DNA from: Acholeplasmataceae bacterium | Lineage (GTDB): Bacteria; Bacillota_I; Bacilli_A; Acholeplasmatales; Acholeplasmataceae | Assembly: GCA_963675245.1 (NCBI GenBank) | Contig: OY775910.1 | Location: 288,001 to 352,000, forward strand | DNA length: 64,000 bases | Direction of reading: 5' to 3' | In this document: positions 52,398-62,566 of the stretch, one piece after another | Layout: each line of letters starts with the position of its first letter | How positions within the stretch are numbered: the stretch's first letter is position 1 | Notes under the pieces: model-generated | What the model was told of the DNA's origin: nothing | The model's database searches: none | What the model saw: the letters and a program-made list of their open reading frames with translations, nothing else | Translations under genes and position numbers: made by a program

Positions 52398-53708
52398 TTA
52401 CGCCTCTCCTGAAATGGCTAATGATTCTAAATAGACACTTGGTGATCCAATAGATGAAATACTGAATTTCAAATCATTGCCTAATCCTTTGACATGATTG
52501 AGCATGTCGAAGAAATTACCGGATGCGACGACCATCTTCACAGGATGATCAATTACACCATTTGAAATCTTGTACCCACTAGCTTGCATTGAGAACTCAC
52601 CTGATACAGCATTTGCACCCGCATGTAAACCACTAATATCCGTAATATAGATACCTTCTTCAATCGGCTTAATCAGTTCATCAAAACTTTGTTCGCCAGG
52701 TACTAAATATAAGTTGGTTGGATTAATGCCATTACCAAATCCATTACCGGTTGGTTCAACATTAAACATTTTAGCAGTTTTTAAATTGTGTAGGAACCCT
52801 TCAAACACACCATCTTTAAAGACATAACGTGTATGACATGCAACTCCTTCATCATCGAATGGCATTTGGAATGGTGCTTCCTTAGATAGTGGATCATCTA
52901 TAATAGATATATTTTTACCTAAAACTTGTTCTCCAACTTTATCTTTTAATTTCGTTAAATTTCTTAACGCAGACTGTCCATTAAATGTTGAACTAAACAT
53001 CCCTAACATCTGGCTAAATATTTTATTTGATAACACAGTTGGATAACGTTTCGTAGGTACTGACGTACCACCAACCTTCTTTTCTCCACTTGATACGACT
53101 TCATTAATGACTTCTTGTGCATCAAATGTTTCAAAGTCTTTACCGATATTGACATAAAACTCTGTTTTAATATCATCATCTTTCTCAAAGACACCACCTG
53201 CGAAGATATATGCATAATTCGCATTCCTTGATAAATTTAATCCTTTAGAGTTAACAATGGTTGTAGTATTGACGGATTCAACGTACCCAGTTTGTTGGAC
53301 TGTTTTTGCGAGCGGACTTTTTAAAATGCCAGCTTCAATTTCTTTTAGCATGTTGATTTTATCAGTGACTGGTACTTGACTAAAATCAAAATCACTTGGT
53401 TCAACTTCTGGATAGTTATCTGAACCTTCATAAATGATTGCTGGTTCAGAGACTGTTAATGCTTTCACATTTTCAATCAATTGTTCAATCATGTATTCTG
53501 CTGTTTCATCATTTGTATGTTCAAAAGAAACACTCGCTAATTTACCTTCATAAACACCACGAATTCTGATGCTTTCAACATCACTGATCGTGTGGTCTTC
53601 AAGTTTTTGTTGATATACTTTAAGCTGAAGTGACTTTTCTCTTGTAACAAATACTTCAATATCAGAAAGACCTTTACTTAATCCTAATTCGATCCATTTT
53701 TTATACAT
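52398..53708 (-). CDS. pmbA: PmbA/TldE family protein
   Basis: PFDDEG, GFLHN, N.VSGEFS, SGNF; no HExxxH; follows tldD. Confidence 0.9.
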   Translation of the reverse strand: MYKKWIELGLSKGLSDIEVFVTREKSLQLKVYQQKLEDHTISDVESIRIRGVYEGKLASVSFEHTNDETAEYMIEQLIENVKALTVSEPAIIYEGSDNYPEVEPSDFDFSQVPVTDKINMLKEIEAGILKSPLAKTVQQTGYVESVNTTTIVNSKGLNLSRNANYAYIFAGGVFEKDDDIKTEFYVNIGKDFETFDAQEVINEVVSSGEKKVGGTSVPTKRYPTVLSNKIFSQMLGMFSSTFNGQSALRNLTKLKDKVGEQVLGKNISIIDDPLSKEAPFQMPFDDEGVACHTRYVFKDGVFEGFLHNLKTAKMFNVEPTGNGFGNGINPTNLYLVPGEQSFDELIKPIEEGIYITDISGLHAGANAVSGEFSMQASGYKISNGVIDHPVKMVVASGNFFDMLNHVKGLGNDLKFSISSIGSPSVYLESLAISGEA

Positions 53709-55093
53709 TATTTTTGACCTCCTGATCCGCCAACAGTCATACCTGTAACACGAAGTGGTGGTTGTCCAACATCAACAGGAATACTTCCTGAAACTGATCC
53801 ACACATACCTTGGCCAAATGTTAAGTTATCAGCTACTCTATCAATCTTAAATAAGATATCTTTACCATGTCCAATGAGCATAGCACCTCTGACTGGTTTT
53901 GTAATTTTACCGTCTTCGATCATATAACCTTCTAAGACAGCAAAGTTAAACTCGCCTGTTGCTGGAGACACTTGTCCACCACCAAGTTTTTTAGCAAATA
54001 ATCCATGTTTTGTATCTTTAATAATATCTTCAAGTTTATCTTTACCAGGTGCAATATAGGTTGAGTTCATACGTGAGGTTGGAGAGAATTTATACGATTG
54101 TCTTCTTGCAGAACCAGTTGATGCCATTCCCATCATCATACCACGACGATAATCAACCAAATATCCCTTTAGTACGCCATTTTCGATGAGTAAGTTCTTT
54201 TGCGTTTTCTTACCTTCATCATCATAAGATAATCTTCCCCAAGCACCATCAACATCGCCATCATCATAGGCTGTTACGACATCAGATCCGACCTTCTCAC
54301 CAATCTTACCAACAAATGGTGATAAGCCTTTTGAAATGGCTGTTGCTTCTAATGGATGACCACATGCTTCATGGAAAATAACACCACCAAAACCGTTATT
54401 TAAAATAACTGGCATGACTTGTGGTTCAATTTCTTCAGCACTTAATAATGTGATAGCTGAAGTCGCTGCTTCTAATGCTAATGCCTTAAAATCAATCATA
54501 TCAAAAATTTCAAATCCAGCATAACGACCTGGTGCTTCATACCCATATTGCATTACACCATTTTCGCTCGCAACTGCTTGAACCACAATACGTGTATAAA
54601 CGCGCACGTCATCTTGATAAACACCTTTTGAATTAGCAATCAATACTGATTGTCTTTTTTCGATAGATTGTGCAATAGCCTGAACAATTCTTGGGTCTTG
54701 CGCTTTCATTAAATTAGATAATTCGACTAATTTTTCTGAACGTTCCGCATTTGAAACATCTTCAATTTGTTTTTCAACAGTTGTCACGTAAGGTTTCTTT
54801 TCACCAAGTGGTACACTCTTCTTTACATCACCAGAAAATGAAGCTCTTAAATTTTTTACAACATCTAAAATAGCTTCTTTGTTCACATGATTTGTGTAGC
54901 CATATACTTCATCAACACCTTGAATTAGACGGACACCTACTCCATGTACATTACCACTGCCAAGCTGTGATACATCACCATTAGTAACAAGCATTTGTTG
55001 AGTTAGTGTATCTTCTAAAAAGATTTCAACAAAGTCAGCACCCGTTGATAGACCTTCATCAATTAGTACTTGTAAATCTTTTTTCTCAATCAT
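53708..55093 (-). CDS. tldD: TldD metalloprotease
   Basis: FHEACGHPLE, YDDEG, PTSRMNSTY, GMCG, GQP. Start MIEKK after GAAAGG. Confidence 0.95.
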   Translation of the reverse strand: MIEKKDLQVLIDEGLSTGADFVEIFLEDTLTQQMLVTNGDVSQLGSGNVHGVGVRLIQGVDEVYGYTNHVNKEAILDVVKNLRASFSGDVKKSVPLGEKKPYVTTVEKQIEDVSNAERSEKLVELSNLMKAQDPRIVQAIAQSIEKRQSVLIANSKGVYQDDVRVYTRIVVQAVASENGVMQYGYEAPGRYAGFEIFDMIDFKALALEAATSAITLLSAEEIEPQVMPVILNNGFGGVIFHEACGHPLEATAISKGLSPFVGKIGEKVGSDVVTAYDDGDVDGAWGRLSYDDEGKKTQKNLLIENGVLKGYLVDYRRGMMMGMASTGSARRQSYKFSPTSRMNSTYIAPGKDKLEDIIKDTKHGLFAKKLGGGQVSPATGEFNFAVLEGYMIEDGKITKPVRGAMLIGHGKDILFKIDRVADNLTFGQGMCGSVSGSIPVDVGQPPLRVTGMTVGGSGGQK

Positions 55094-55097
55094 AATT

Positions 55098-56888
55098 TTA
55101 TCCTTTCGTCGTTTTTTCATCATATTGCAATTCGTAAAGATTACGATATAATCCTTTTTGTCTTAATAACTCTTGATGATTTCCAGATTCTTTGATTTCA
55201 CCTTTTTGCATCACGATAATACGATCCGCATGCTGAATAGTTGATAATCTGTGGGCAACAATTAACATCGTTGATATGTTCATCATTTTTTCTAAAGATT
55301 CTTGAATCAACTCTTCTGTTTCACTATCAATATTTGCGGTTGCTTCATCCAAGATCATCAATGATGGTTTATAAACAAGCGCTCTAGCAAAACTGATGAG
55401 TTGTCGTTGTCCACTCGAGAAGTTATTACCACGCTCACGTACGATATGATCATAACCATCAGGTAATGTGTCAATAAATGTATTTGCACCAACATACTCG
55501 CTAGCAGACTTAACTTCTTCCATGGTGATCTCATTATCACTTAATGTGATATTATCTTTAATCGTGCCAGAGAATAAGAAGACATCTTGAAGCATTTGTC
55601 CTATCTTATCTCTTAATGAAGAACGTTTAATTCGTTTGATATCCATGCCATCAATTAATATTTGACCTTTTTGAATCTCATAGTTTCTAACAATTAAACT
55701 TAAAATGGTTGTCTTTCCTGAACCGGTTGCACCAACAAACGCTACCGTTTCACCTGGATTCACTTTAAAACTAACACCTTTTAATACCCATTCATCAGGA
55801 ATATACTGGAACCATACATCTTTAAATTCAATTTCACCAGAAAATGATTCGAGTTCAATCGCGTCTTCATCATCAACAATCGATGGTTTTGTGTCTAAAA
55901 CATCAAATACCTTTTCTGCACTAGCAAATGCATTTTGAAGCATATTGAACTGTTCTGCAATTTGTTGAATTGGTTCAAAGAAGTTACCAACATATTGATA
56001 GAATGAATAAAGCAATCCTGTTGATAAAACACCTATTAAAACTTCTTGGAAACCAAAATAAAGTGTGAGTACACTTCCAATCATCGCGATCATAAAAATT
56101 GTTGGTCGATAAATACCGAAAACGAGAATTTCACGTAAATAGCTCTTCTTTAGATGTTCACTTCGTTCTTTAAACTCACGACGCTTTTTATCTTCTTGAT
56201 TGAAAATCTGAGTTACTTTCATACCTGATAAATTTTCAGATAAGAACGCATTGACTTCAGAAACGTTTTGACGAACTAAACGATAACTTGATCTCGAGAA
56301 TTTTCTAAACAATACACTAGCAATTAATACAAGTGGCACTGTGATTAATACGATTAATGCCATTTTCCAATTCAAAGCAAATAAGATGAAGACAATAGCA
56401 ACTAAGTAAATTAAGTTTCTTACGAGATTAACACCGATGTTCGTATACATTTCAGATATCGCATTCGTATCGTTTGTGACACGAGTAACTAGTTTTCCAA
56501 CAGGGACTTGATTAATCTGTTCAATCGCTAGACTTTCAATGTGTTTAAACACATCATCTCTTAGTTCCATGACAGTTTTTTGCCCAACTTTTTGAAGTAG
56601 AATTTCTTGGAAATACGCGACAACATTTGCTAAACCTAAGACGACAACGAAGCTCGCACTAACAAGAACAACTCTTAAAATCTTACCTTCTCTATCCAAA
56701 ACATCACTCGTAACTGTATCAATAATAAATCCAACCATTAACGGTGGCAATAATTGAACTGCTAAAGCAATAAACATCAATATTACAATAACAACAAATT
56801 GTTTCTTATAGGGTTTCATGTACGAAAGGAGTCTTTTTAGAACTTCTTTGTCACTTCTTTCCCGAGTGTTATCTTTGAAGTCTTTCAC
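55098..56888 (-). CDS. Heterodimeric multidrug-type ABC exporter subunit
   Basis: TMD plus GATGSGKT, FSSGQRQ, LDEATAN, AHRLST. Confidence 0.93.
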   Translation of the reverse strand: MKDFKDNTRERSDKEVLKRLLSYMKPYKKQFVVIVILMFIALAVQLLPPLMVGFIIDTVTSDVLDREGKILRVVLVSASFVVVLGLANVVAYFQEILLQKVGQKTVMELRDDVFKHIESLAIEQINQVPVGKLVTRVTNDTNAISEMYTNIGVNLVRNLIYLVAIVFILFALNWKMALIVLITVPLVLIASVLFRKFSRSSYRLVRQNVSEVNAFLSENLSGMKVTQIFNQEDKKRREFKERSEHLKKSYLREILVFGIYRPTIFMIAMIGSVLTLYFGFQEVLIGVLSTGLLYSFYQYVGNFFEPIQQIAEQFNMLQNAFASAEKVFDVLDTKPSIVDDEDAIELESFSGEIEFKDVWFQYIPDEWVLKGVSFKVNPGETVAFVGATGSGKTTILSLIVRNYEIQKGQILIDGMDIKRIKRSSLRDKIGQMLQDVFLFSGTIKDNITLSDNEITMEEVKSASEYVGANTFIDTLPDGYDHIVRERGNNFSSGQRQLISFARALVYKPSLMILDEATANIDSETEELIQESLEKMMNISTMLIVAHRLSTIQHADRIIVMQKGEIKESGNHQELLRQKGLYRNLYELQYDEKTTKG

Positions 56889-58645
56889 GCGACATCACCT
56901 CCTGAAACCAATTTTTCAAGACGTTGACGTCTAACCATATCACGATATAACTCTGATGATTTCATCAATTCATCGTGACTACCTACTGCAGATAACTTAC
57001 CATGATCTAACAAGATAATCTTATCCATTTTTTTAACAGTTGAAATACGATGAGCGATAAATATCGTCGTTTTACCTTGACGAATTTTATGAAGATTATT
57101 AATAATGGCATCTTCTGTTTTAGTATCAACTGCTGATACAGAATCATCTAAAATCAAAACTTCTGGATCTTTAGCTAAAGCACGTGCAATAGATATACGT
57201 TGTTTTTGACCACCGGATACCGTTACACCACGTTCACCTAATATCGTTTCAAATCCTTCTTTGAAATCCATCACATTATCATAAATATCCGAAAGCTTAG
57301 CTGCATGATGGACGAGTTCTTCATCAATTGATTCATGCGCAAAGCCAATATTTTCAGTAATTGATGTAGAAAATAAGAAATTATCTTGAGGGACATAACC
57401 AACTGTTTCACGCACTTGTTTAAGGGGTAAGTCCATGATGTCATGACCATCGATAAATATCATTCCTTTTTCTATATTATAGATCCTTAAAAGTAAATCC
57501 ACGAGTGATGATTTACCAGAACCAGTACGTCCTAATACACCGACCATTTCACCTGCTTTAATACTAAATGAAATGTTTTCTAATACATCTGCATCACCAT
57601 CAGGGTATTTAAACGAAAGTCCTTTGGCTTCAATCGAACCTTTCAGTTCATCAACTTCTACAACATCGTTGTGATCAGCAATATCTATTTCATAATCTAA
57701 GAACTTGGAAATACGTTCTGCACTAGCTTTTGCTTGTGAATTAATCTGAACGAATCTCGATAATGCCATCGTTGGCCACATCAGTGTAAAGAAATATGCG
57801 ATATATTCAGTAAGTTGACCACCAGTAAATCCGGTTTGTGCAAAGTTAATTACTCTCAAACTACCGATGATCACAATCACTAAAATAACGATATTTAATG
57901 CAATAGATAATGCAATATTAATACCGACCATATATTTAACGAATCCGATGTGTTTGTTATATAAATTTTCGTTTTTATCTCTAAATGCAAAAAATTCTTT
58001 TACTTCTCTTACAAATGCTTTAATCACCGTGATACCGGAGAAGTTTTCTTGTGTGAAATCAGATAATTCTTCAAACGCTTGTTGTCTTGCTTTAAAACGT
58101 TTTGACATCGCTTTTCTAATCAATACCATTGCGAATGTCAATAAAGCCATTGGGATAGCTGCAAATATCGTCATTCGCCAATCTAATGAAAACATACGAT
58201 ATAAGGCAAATCCACCCAAGGTTAGACCATCGACTAACATTAAAATACCCGGACCATAAGACATCCTGAGTGCTTCTAAATCATTAATAAAGAACGTCAT
58301 CATACCCCCGACTTTTTGTTCCTTATAATAATTTTGAGATAATTTAGTCGCGTGTTCAAACATGACGTTTCTTAACTGAAATTCAATGCGTCTAGAAGCA
58401 CCAAAAATTGTATATCGCCATATAAATCTTCCTACTGTAATAATAACTGCAATAATGGCTATACGTGTGATAGCTTCAATAATATTTGCCTGAACTTGAC
58501 TTCCATCTAACTCATCGATAATTCCCCCGACAAGTCTTGGAATTTCTAATTGGATCCAGTCTATTGCGACTAAAACTGCAATACCAACGAGAAAGTAAGG
58601 TAAGAATTTTATATAATACTTACCAAAATGTTTACTAAATAGCAT
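56885..58645 (-). CDS. Heterodimeric multidrug-type ABC exporter subunit (degenerate Walker B LDD)
   Basis: TMD plus GRTGSGKS, VSGGQKQR, ILDDSVSAVD. Start MLFSK after GAGGG. Confidence 0.93.
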   Translation of the reverse strand: MLFSKHFGKYYIKFLPYFLVGIAVLVAIDWIQLEIPRLVGGIIDELDGSQVQANIIEAITRIAIIAVIITVGRFIWRYTIFGASRRIEFQLRNVMFEHATKLSQNYYKEQKVGGMMTFFINDLEALRMSYGPGILMLVDGLTLGGFALYRMFSLDWRMTIFAAIPMALLTFAMVLIRKAMSKRFKARQQAFEELSDFTQENFSGITVIKAFVREVKEFFAFRDKNENLYNKHIGFVKYMVGINIALSIALNIVILVIVIIGSLRVINFAQTGFTGGQLTEYIAYFFTLMWPTMALSRFVQINSQAKASAERISKFLDYEIDIADHNDVVEVDELKGSIEAKGLSFKYPDGDADVLENISFSIKAGEMVGVLGRTGSGKSSLVDLLLRIYNIEKGMIFIDGHDIMDLPLKQVRETVGYVPQDNFLFSTSITENIGFAHESIDEELVHHAAKLSDIYDNVMDFKEGFETILGERGVTVSGGQKQRISIARALAKDPEVLILDDSVSAVDTKTEDAIINNLHKIRQGKTTIFIAHRISTVKKMDKIILLDHGKLSAVGSHDELMKSSELYRDMVRRQRLEKLVSGGDVA

Positions 58646-58748
58646 AAAAAATACCCTCAAGTCTATAAAATACTCATAACTATTATAATTGATTTTTAAT
58701 CATAATTAAAAATAAAAACGTTTTTAACACGTTTTTATTTTTTGTTGA

Positions 58749-59129
58749 TTACTCAACAACGATTTTAACTGTATCGCCATCGCCAGATTCAACGTTGACG
58801 ATTTCGCCTTCCATACCTTGTGTAACCATTTCGATGATCGAGTCTACATCGACATCAACATCACCGAAATTCGCTTGGAACTTTTTGTTTTTAAGTAGCT
58901 TAGCGAATTCAACTGGGATTTTAACATTAACTTTATCGCCATCAGATGAGTTGATTAAGATTTTTAATAACTTAAATGGTCCTTTATTTCTTTGAACTAC
59001 AGTTGCATTTACTGTTTCATGTGATTCTAAAGCAGACAGTAAATCTTCTGCTTCCTTTGCATTTATCGTACCACTTGATAACATTTCAAGTATTTTTAAA
59101 CGTTCTTCTTTTAATTGATCTTTTGACAT
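58749..59129 (-). CDS. SHOCT-like domain protein
   Basis: EERLKILEMLSSGTINAKEAEDLLSAL N-terminal motif; C-terminal KVNVKIP..V.I.VE. Confidence 0.8.
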   Translation of the reverse strand: MSKDQLKEERLKILEMLSSGTINAKEAEDLLSALESHETVNATVVQRNKGPFKLLKILINSSDGDKVNVKIPVEFAKLLKNKKFQANFGDVDVDVDSIIEMVTQGMEGEIVNVESGDGDTVKIVVE

Positions 59130-59155
59130 AATTTATTTCCTCCGAATTTTTTTTA

Positions 59156-59284
59156 TTATTCCATTTCTTCTTTATGTTCTAATGCTGCCAATAATTCATC
59201 CGCTTCCTTTGCGTCTAACGCACCTGTAGAAAGCATATTAAATATATGTACACAGCAACTTGTATTTTGTTTATTGAATGCCAT
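59156..59284 (-). CDS. 42-aa stand-alone SHOCT-like peptide
   Basis: Manual translation MAFNKQNTSCCVHIFNMLSTGALDAKEADELLAALEHKEEME; RBS GGAGG; resembles the N-terminus of the next gene. Confidence 0.7.
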   Translation of the reverse strand: MAFNKQNTSCCVHIFNMLSTGALDAKEADELLAALEHKEEME

Positions 59285-59306
59285 CGTATTTTCCTCCATT
59301 CAATGT

Positions 59307-59423
59307 TTAATTTTTTGATTCGTAACGATCAAATAATTTCAATGCAAATGCAACTAAGTTATAAGGTTGGTTTAGGCTCTGTCCTAAAATCGTCTGTTTG
59401 ACCTTTTGGTTGTTTTTTCTCAT
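59307..59423 (-). CDS. 38-aa small protein
   Basis: Manual translation MRKNNQKVKQTILGQSLNQPYNLVAFALKLFDRYESKN; strong RBS AAGGAGG; fills the operon gap. Confidence 0.55.
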   Translation of the reverse strand: MRKNNQKVKQTILGQSLNQPYNLVAFALKLFDRYESKN

Positions 59424-59436
59424 AAAAACATCCTCC

Positions 59437-59841
59437 TTATTTCTTCAGCAACTTCATTGCCTCCTCAAAGCTGATTTCCTTTTTGCTGAGTTTATTTAAA
59501 ACATCATTTCGAGATGATTTATTCTTTTCTTCCTGGCGCTCTTCTTCTGCTTCAAGCGCTTCATCCACTGTATAGCCAAGTCCTTCGACTGCTTCATCCA
59601 ACATTTTTTTAACTGTAGGATAACTGATGTTTAATTCTTTTTCGACAGCTTTAATATTGCCACGGTTCTTAACGAACACTTCGATAAAGTATAATTTTTC
59701 AGTATCTAAATAGTTAAACTTTGAAAGTGAAAATGATCCGTCTATCGTTGTACCACAGTGATCACATTCTAATTTTACTGCATGTAAATCATGTTTGCAT
59801 ACTGGACAAGATGTTAATATTGGGTATGTTCCTTTTTTCAT
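59437..59841 (-). CDS. DUF2089-like Zn-ribbon/HTH protein
   Basis: CPVC..CDHCGT, FVKNRGNIKAVEKELNISYPTVK, C-terminal SHOCT-like tail. Confidence 0.85.
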   Translation of the reverse strand: MKKGTYPILTSCPVCKHDLHAVKLECDHCGTTIDGSFSLSKFNYLDTEKLYFIEVFVKNRGNIKAVEKELNISYPTVKKMLDEAVEGLGYTVDEALEAEEERQEEKNKSSRNDVLNKLSKKEISFEEAMKLLKK

Positions 59842-59853
59842 AATTATTCTCCT

Positions 59854-60207
59854 TTAAATTGTTTTGATGTAAATCTTTGCTTCATTTTTAGCATCTACTT
59901 CAACTTTTATACCTCTAACCATAAACTCACTAAATAATTGTCTATAAGTTACTGGAAATGATTCACTCACGATCTCATCCATTTTTTTCCTTATGAACAT
60001 TTTTGCAATGCCAATTGGAATTGGACAAGCGAGTAGGAATGCTAGAAAGACTGATAATCCTGGACTTTCATTAATTCTAATGCGCACTTTTATGAAATGT
60101 GCTTTTTTAAGTTTGTAGTGTTTTTCGTGACCATAGAGTTCCCGATAGGCCTTTTTCGGTGAAACATCTTTTGATTCACATTTAGTTAAGACTTCATAAT
60201 TTTCCAC
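59854..60207 (-). CDS. Hypothetical protein
   Basis: 117-aa ORF, GTG start after GGAG, first gene of the DUF2089 operon. Confidence 0.75.
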   Translation of the reverse strand: MENYEVLTKCESKDVSPKKAYRELYGHEKHYKLKKAHFIKVRIRINESPGLSVFLAFLLACPIPIGIAKMFIRKKMDEIVSESFPVTYRQLFSEFMVRGIKVEVDAKNEAKIYIKTI

Positions 60208-60380
60208 TTTTCTTCTCCAAAACTTAATTTTTTTGATTTACACCTTGATTATATTAATTAATTTTCATTTTGTCAAGCATTTTATTCACTTTTTATTAAA
60301 AAAATTAATTTCGACCTTAATAATCTTAATATTTTGGCTTAAATGCGTTATAATAATTAAGAACAGAAAGGAGAATGATT

Positions 60381-61592
60381 ATGCATTCACTCATTGAACG
60401 TTTCTTGCGTTATGTTAAAATTGATACACAATCAGATCAAGATTCACCCTCTTGTCCTTCAACAGAAAAACAAAAAAATCTTTCAAATCTACTTGTGAAA
60501 GAATTGAAAGAAATGGGACTAGATGCTTTTTTAGATAAGGATGGTTACGCGTACGCGTTAATTAAAGGAAATAAAACATCTGCTCCTGCTATAGGATTAG
60601 TTGCTCATGTAGACACATCACCCGACGCACCTGGCAAGGATGTTAATCCACGTATTATTAAAAACTATGATGGGTCATTAATTAAACTTAATGAAACCTA
60701 TCAAATGGATCCTGAAGGTTTTCCAAGTTTATCAAGAGTTATTGGTCAAGATATTATTGTGACTGATGGTTCAACTCTTTTAGGTGCTGATGATAAATGT
60801 GGGGTTGCTGAAATTATGGAAGTTGCCAAATATTTCACTGAAAACCCAGATGAACCTCATGGTGATATTTATATTTGCTTTACACCTGATGAAGAAATTG
60901 GTCGTGGTGCTGATCGTTTTGATCACAATTTCTTTAAAGCAGACTTTGCCTATACAGCAGATGGTTCTGAAGTGGGTGGTTTAGAATTTGAAAACTTTAA
61001 TGCTGCTTGGGTTTATTTAGATTTCACTGGTAAATCTATTCACCCTGGTTCTGCAAAAAATAAAATGATTAATGCGACACATGTCGCTATGGCATTTCAC
61101 GCGATGCTTCCTGAAAGAATGACACCAGAAAATACAGAAGGCTACGAAGGATTTAATCATTTACATAAATTAACAGGTGAAGTTGAATTTGCTCATAGTG
61201 CTTATTTAATTAGAAACCATGATATGAAGAAATTTAATCAACAAAAAGAAGACTTCAATCGTATCGCTAATTATCTCAATGATAAATATGGTTATCCTGT
61301 TGTGAAAATAGAGATTAAAGATAGTTACTACAACATGTATGAAATCATCAAAGATAATATGGCACCTGTTGATCTTGCAAAACAAGCCATCATGAATGTT
61401 GGGTTAACACCTACAATCGAACCCATTAGAGGCGGTACAGATGGTGCTAGACTCACATATGATGGTTTAATCTGTCCAAACATTGGTACAGGTGGTTATC
61501 AATTTCATGGACGTTTTGAATTCGCTTCTATTAATCAGATGCATCAAGCGGTTGATGTATTCATTGAAATTATTAAACTAGCAGCTAAATAA
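60381..61592 (+). CDS. pepT: Peptidase T (tripeptide aminopeptidase)
   Basis: AHVDT, LGADDKCG, PDEEIGRG, HPGSAK, IRGGTDG. Confidence 0.98.
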   Translation: MHSLIERFLRYVKIDTQSDQDSPSCPSTEKQKNLSNLLVKELKEMGLDAFLDKDGYAYALIKGNKTSAPAIGLVAHVDTSPDAPGKDVNPRIIKNYDGSLIKLNETYQMDPEGFPSLSRVIGQDIIVTDGSTLLGADDKCGVAEIMEVAKYFTENPDEPHGDIYICFTPDEEIGRGADRFDHNFFKADFAYTADGSEVGGLEFENFNAAWVYLDFTGKSIHPGSAKNKMINATHVAMAFHAMLPERMTPENTEGYEGFNHLHKLTGEVEFAHSAYLIRNHDMKKFNQQKEDFNRIANYLNDKYGYPVVKIEIKDSYYNMYEIIKDNMAPVDLAKQAIMNVGLTPTIEPIRGGTDGARLTYDGLICPNIGTGGYQFHGRFEFASINQMHQAVDVFIEIIKLAAK

Positions 61593-61630
61593 AAAATAAC
61601 GAGAACACTCAAATGTTCTCGTTTTTATTT
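61591..61630. terminator. Bidirectional terminator
   Basis: AACGAGAACA-CTCAAA-TGTTCTCGTT with A and T flanks. Confidence 0.75.
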
Positions 61631-62556
61631 AATTGAAGTTCATCGATTGCACCATAAAAGAAACAATATCCCATCACCATCACATGTTGCGTTGTATCAA
61701 AATCGACTCTTTTAGCCTGATTGTCATCAATTAAAAGACTAACAAAATTGATACGATGAAATGAATATCCTTCTTCTTCATCGATGATTGATTCATATAA
61801 GATGTCAATATAAATGTAATCATCTCCGTAAATAACATCATATAGATCTGAATCTAAGTAATCTCTACCTTCTGCACGTAGATAGTCGAATTGATAATTT
61901 GACTCTTCTATTTCCACTTTTAATCTTACAATCAACGAATCACCTGCAGATACAGGAACCGTATAATAGGTTTCAACAGGTGCTGGACTATTGATTATCT
62001 GAGGTGATTCATAATGGTTTAATGGATTTATCTCAAAATAATCCATAATGCTATAATCATCCATATATATGCCTGATATCTCAACATAATCAGATGTGTA
62101 AACTTTAATTTCTGTGATTGCGCCATAATATGGTTGTGCAAAAGTACTCGCAATGAGAGCACCTAATCCACTGACCACCCACCACAATGCTGTGTAAATG
62201 AAATTTTGTGAGAATATCCAATTCAGTGCTAATACGACTGCGAGACTTGCTGAATTACATGCCAAAGATAGGGTGAATGACTTTTTGTAATTCTTTAAAA
62301 CGATGTTATAAGCGAGCGCTTCAACGATAAATACCAACACTTCTAAAATGCCTAACCATAAGTAATAGCGATCATGAAACACTAGTCTCAAGAGTAAATT
62401 CATCGTTAGATTGGTTGCGAAATTCACAAGTATAGCTACAACAATGACTTTATTAGATTTTAGTTTAAACATGTATATAACAAGAAGCTCAATCGCGATA
62501 GTTAAAAAAAGTGCGAAACTTAATCCTATTATGACATCTATAAAATCAATTAGCAT
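61609..62556 (-). CDS. Hypothetical multi-TM protein with acidic C-terminal domain
   Basis: About five TM segments in the first 140 aa, then a Y/D/E-rich soluble region. Confidence 0.7.
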   Translation of the reverse strand: MLIDFIDVIIGLSFALFLTIAIELLVIYMFKLKSNKVIVVAILVNFATNLTMNLLLRLVFHDRYYLWLGILEVLVFIVEALAYNIVLKNYKKSFTLSLACNSASLAVVLALNWIFSQNFIYTALWWVVSGLGALIASTFAQPYYGAITEIKVYTSDYVEISGIYMDDYSIMDYFEINPLNHYESPQIINSPAPVETYYTVPVSAGDSLIVRLKVEIEESNYQFDYLRAEGRDYLDSDLYDVIYGDDYIYIDILYESIIDEEEGYSFHRINFVSLLIDDNQAKRVDFDTTQHVMVMGYCFFYGAIDELQLNKNENI

Positions 62557-62566
62557 AAAAATTTCC

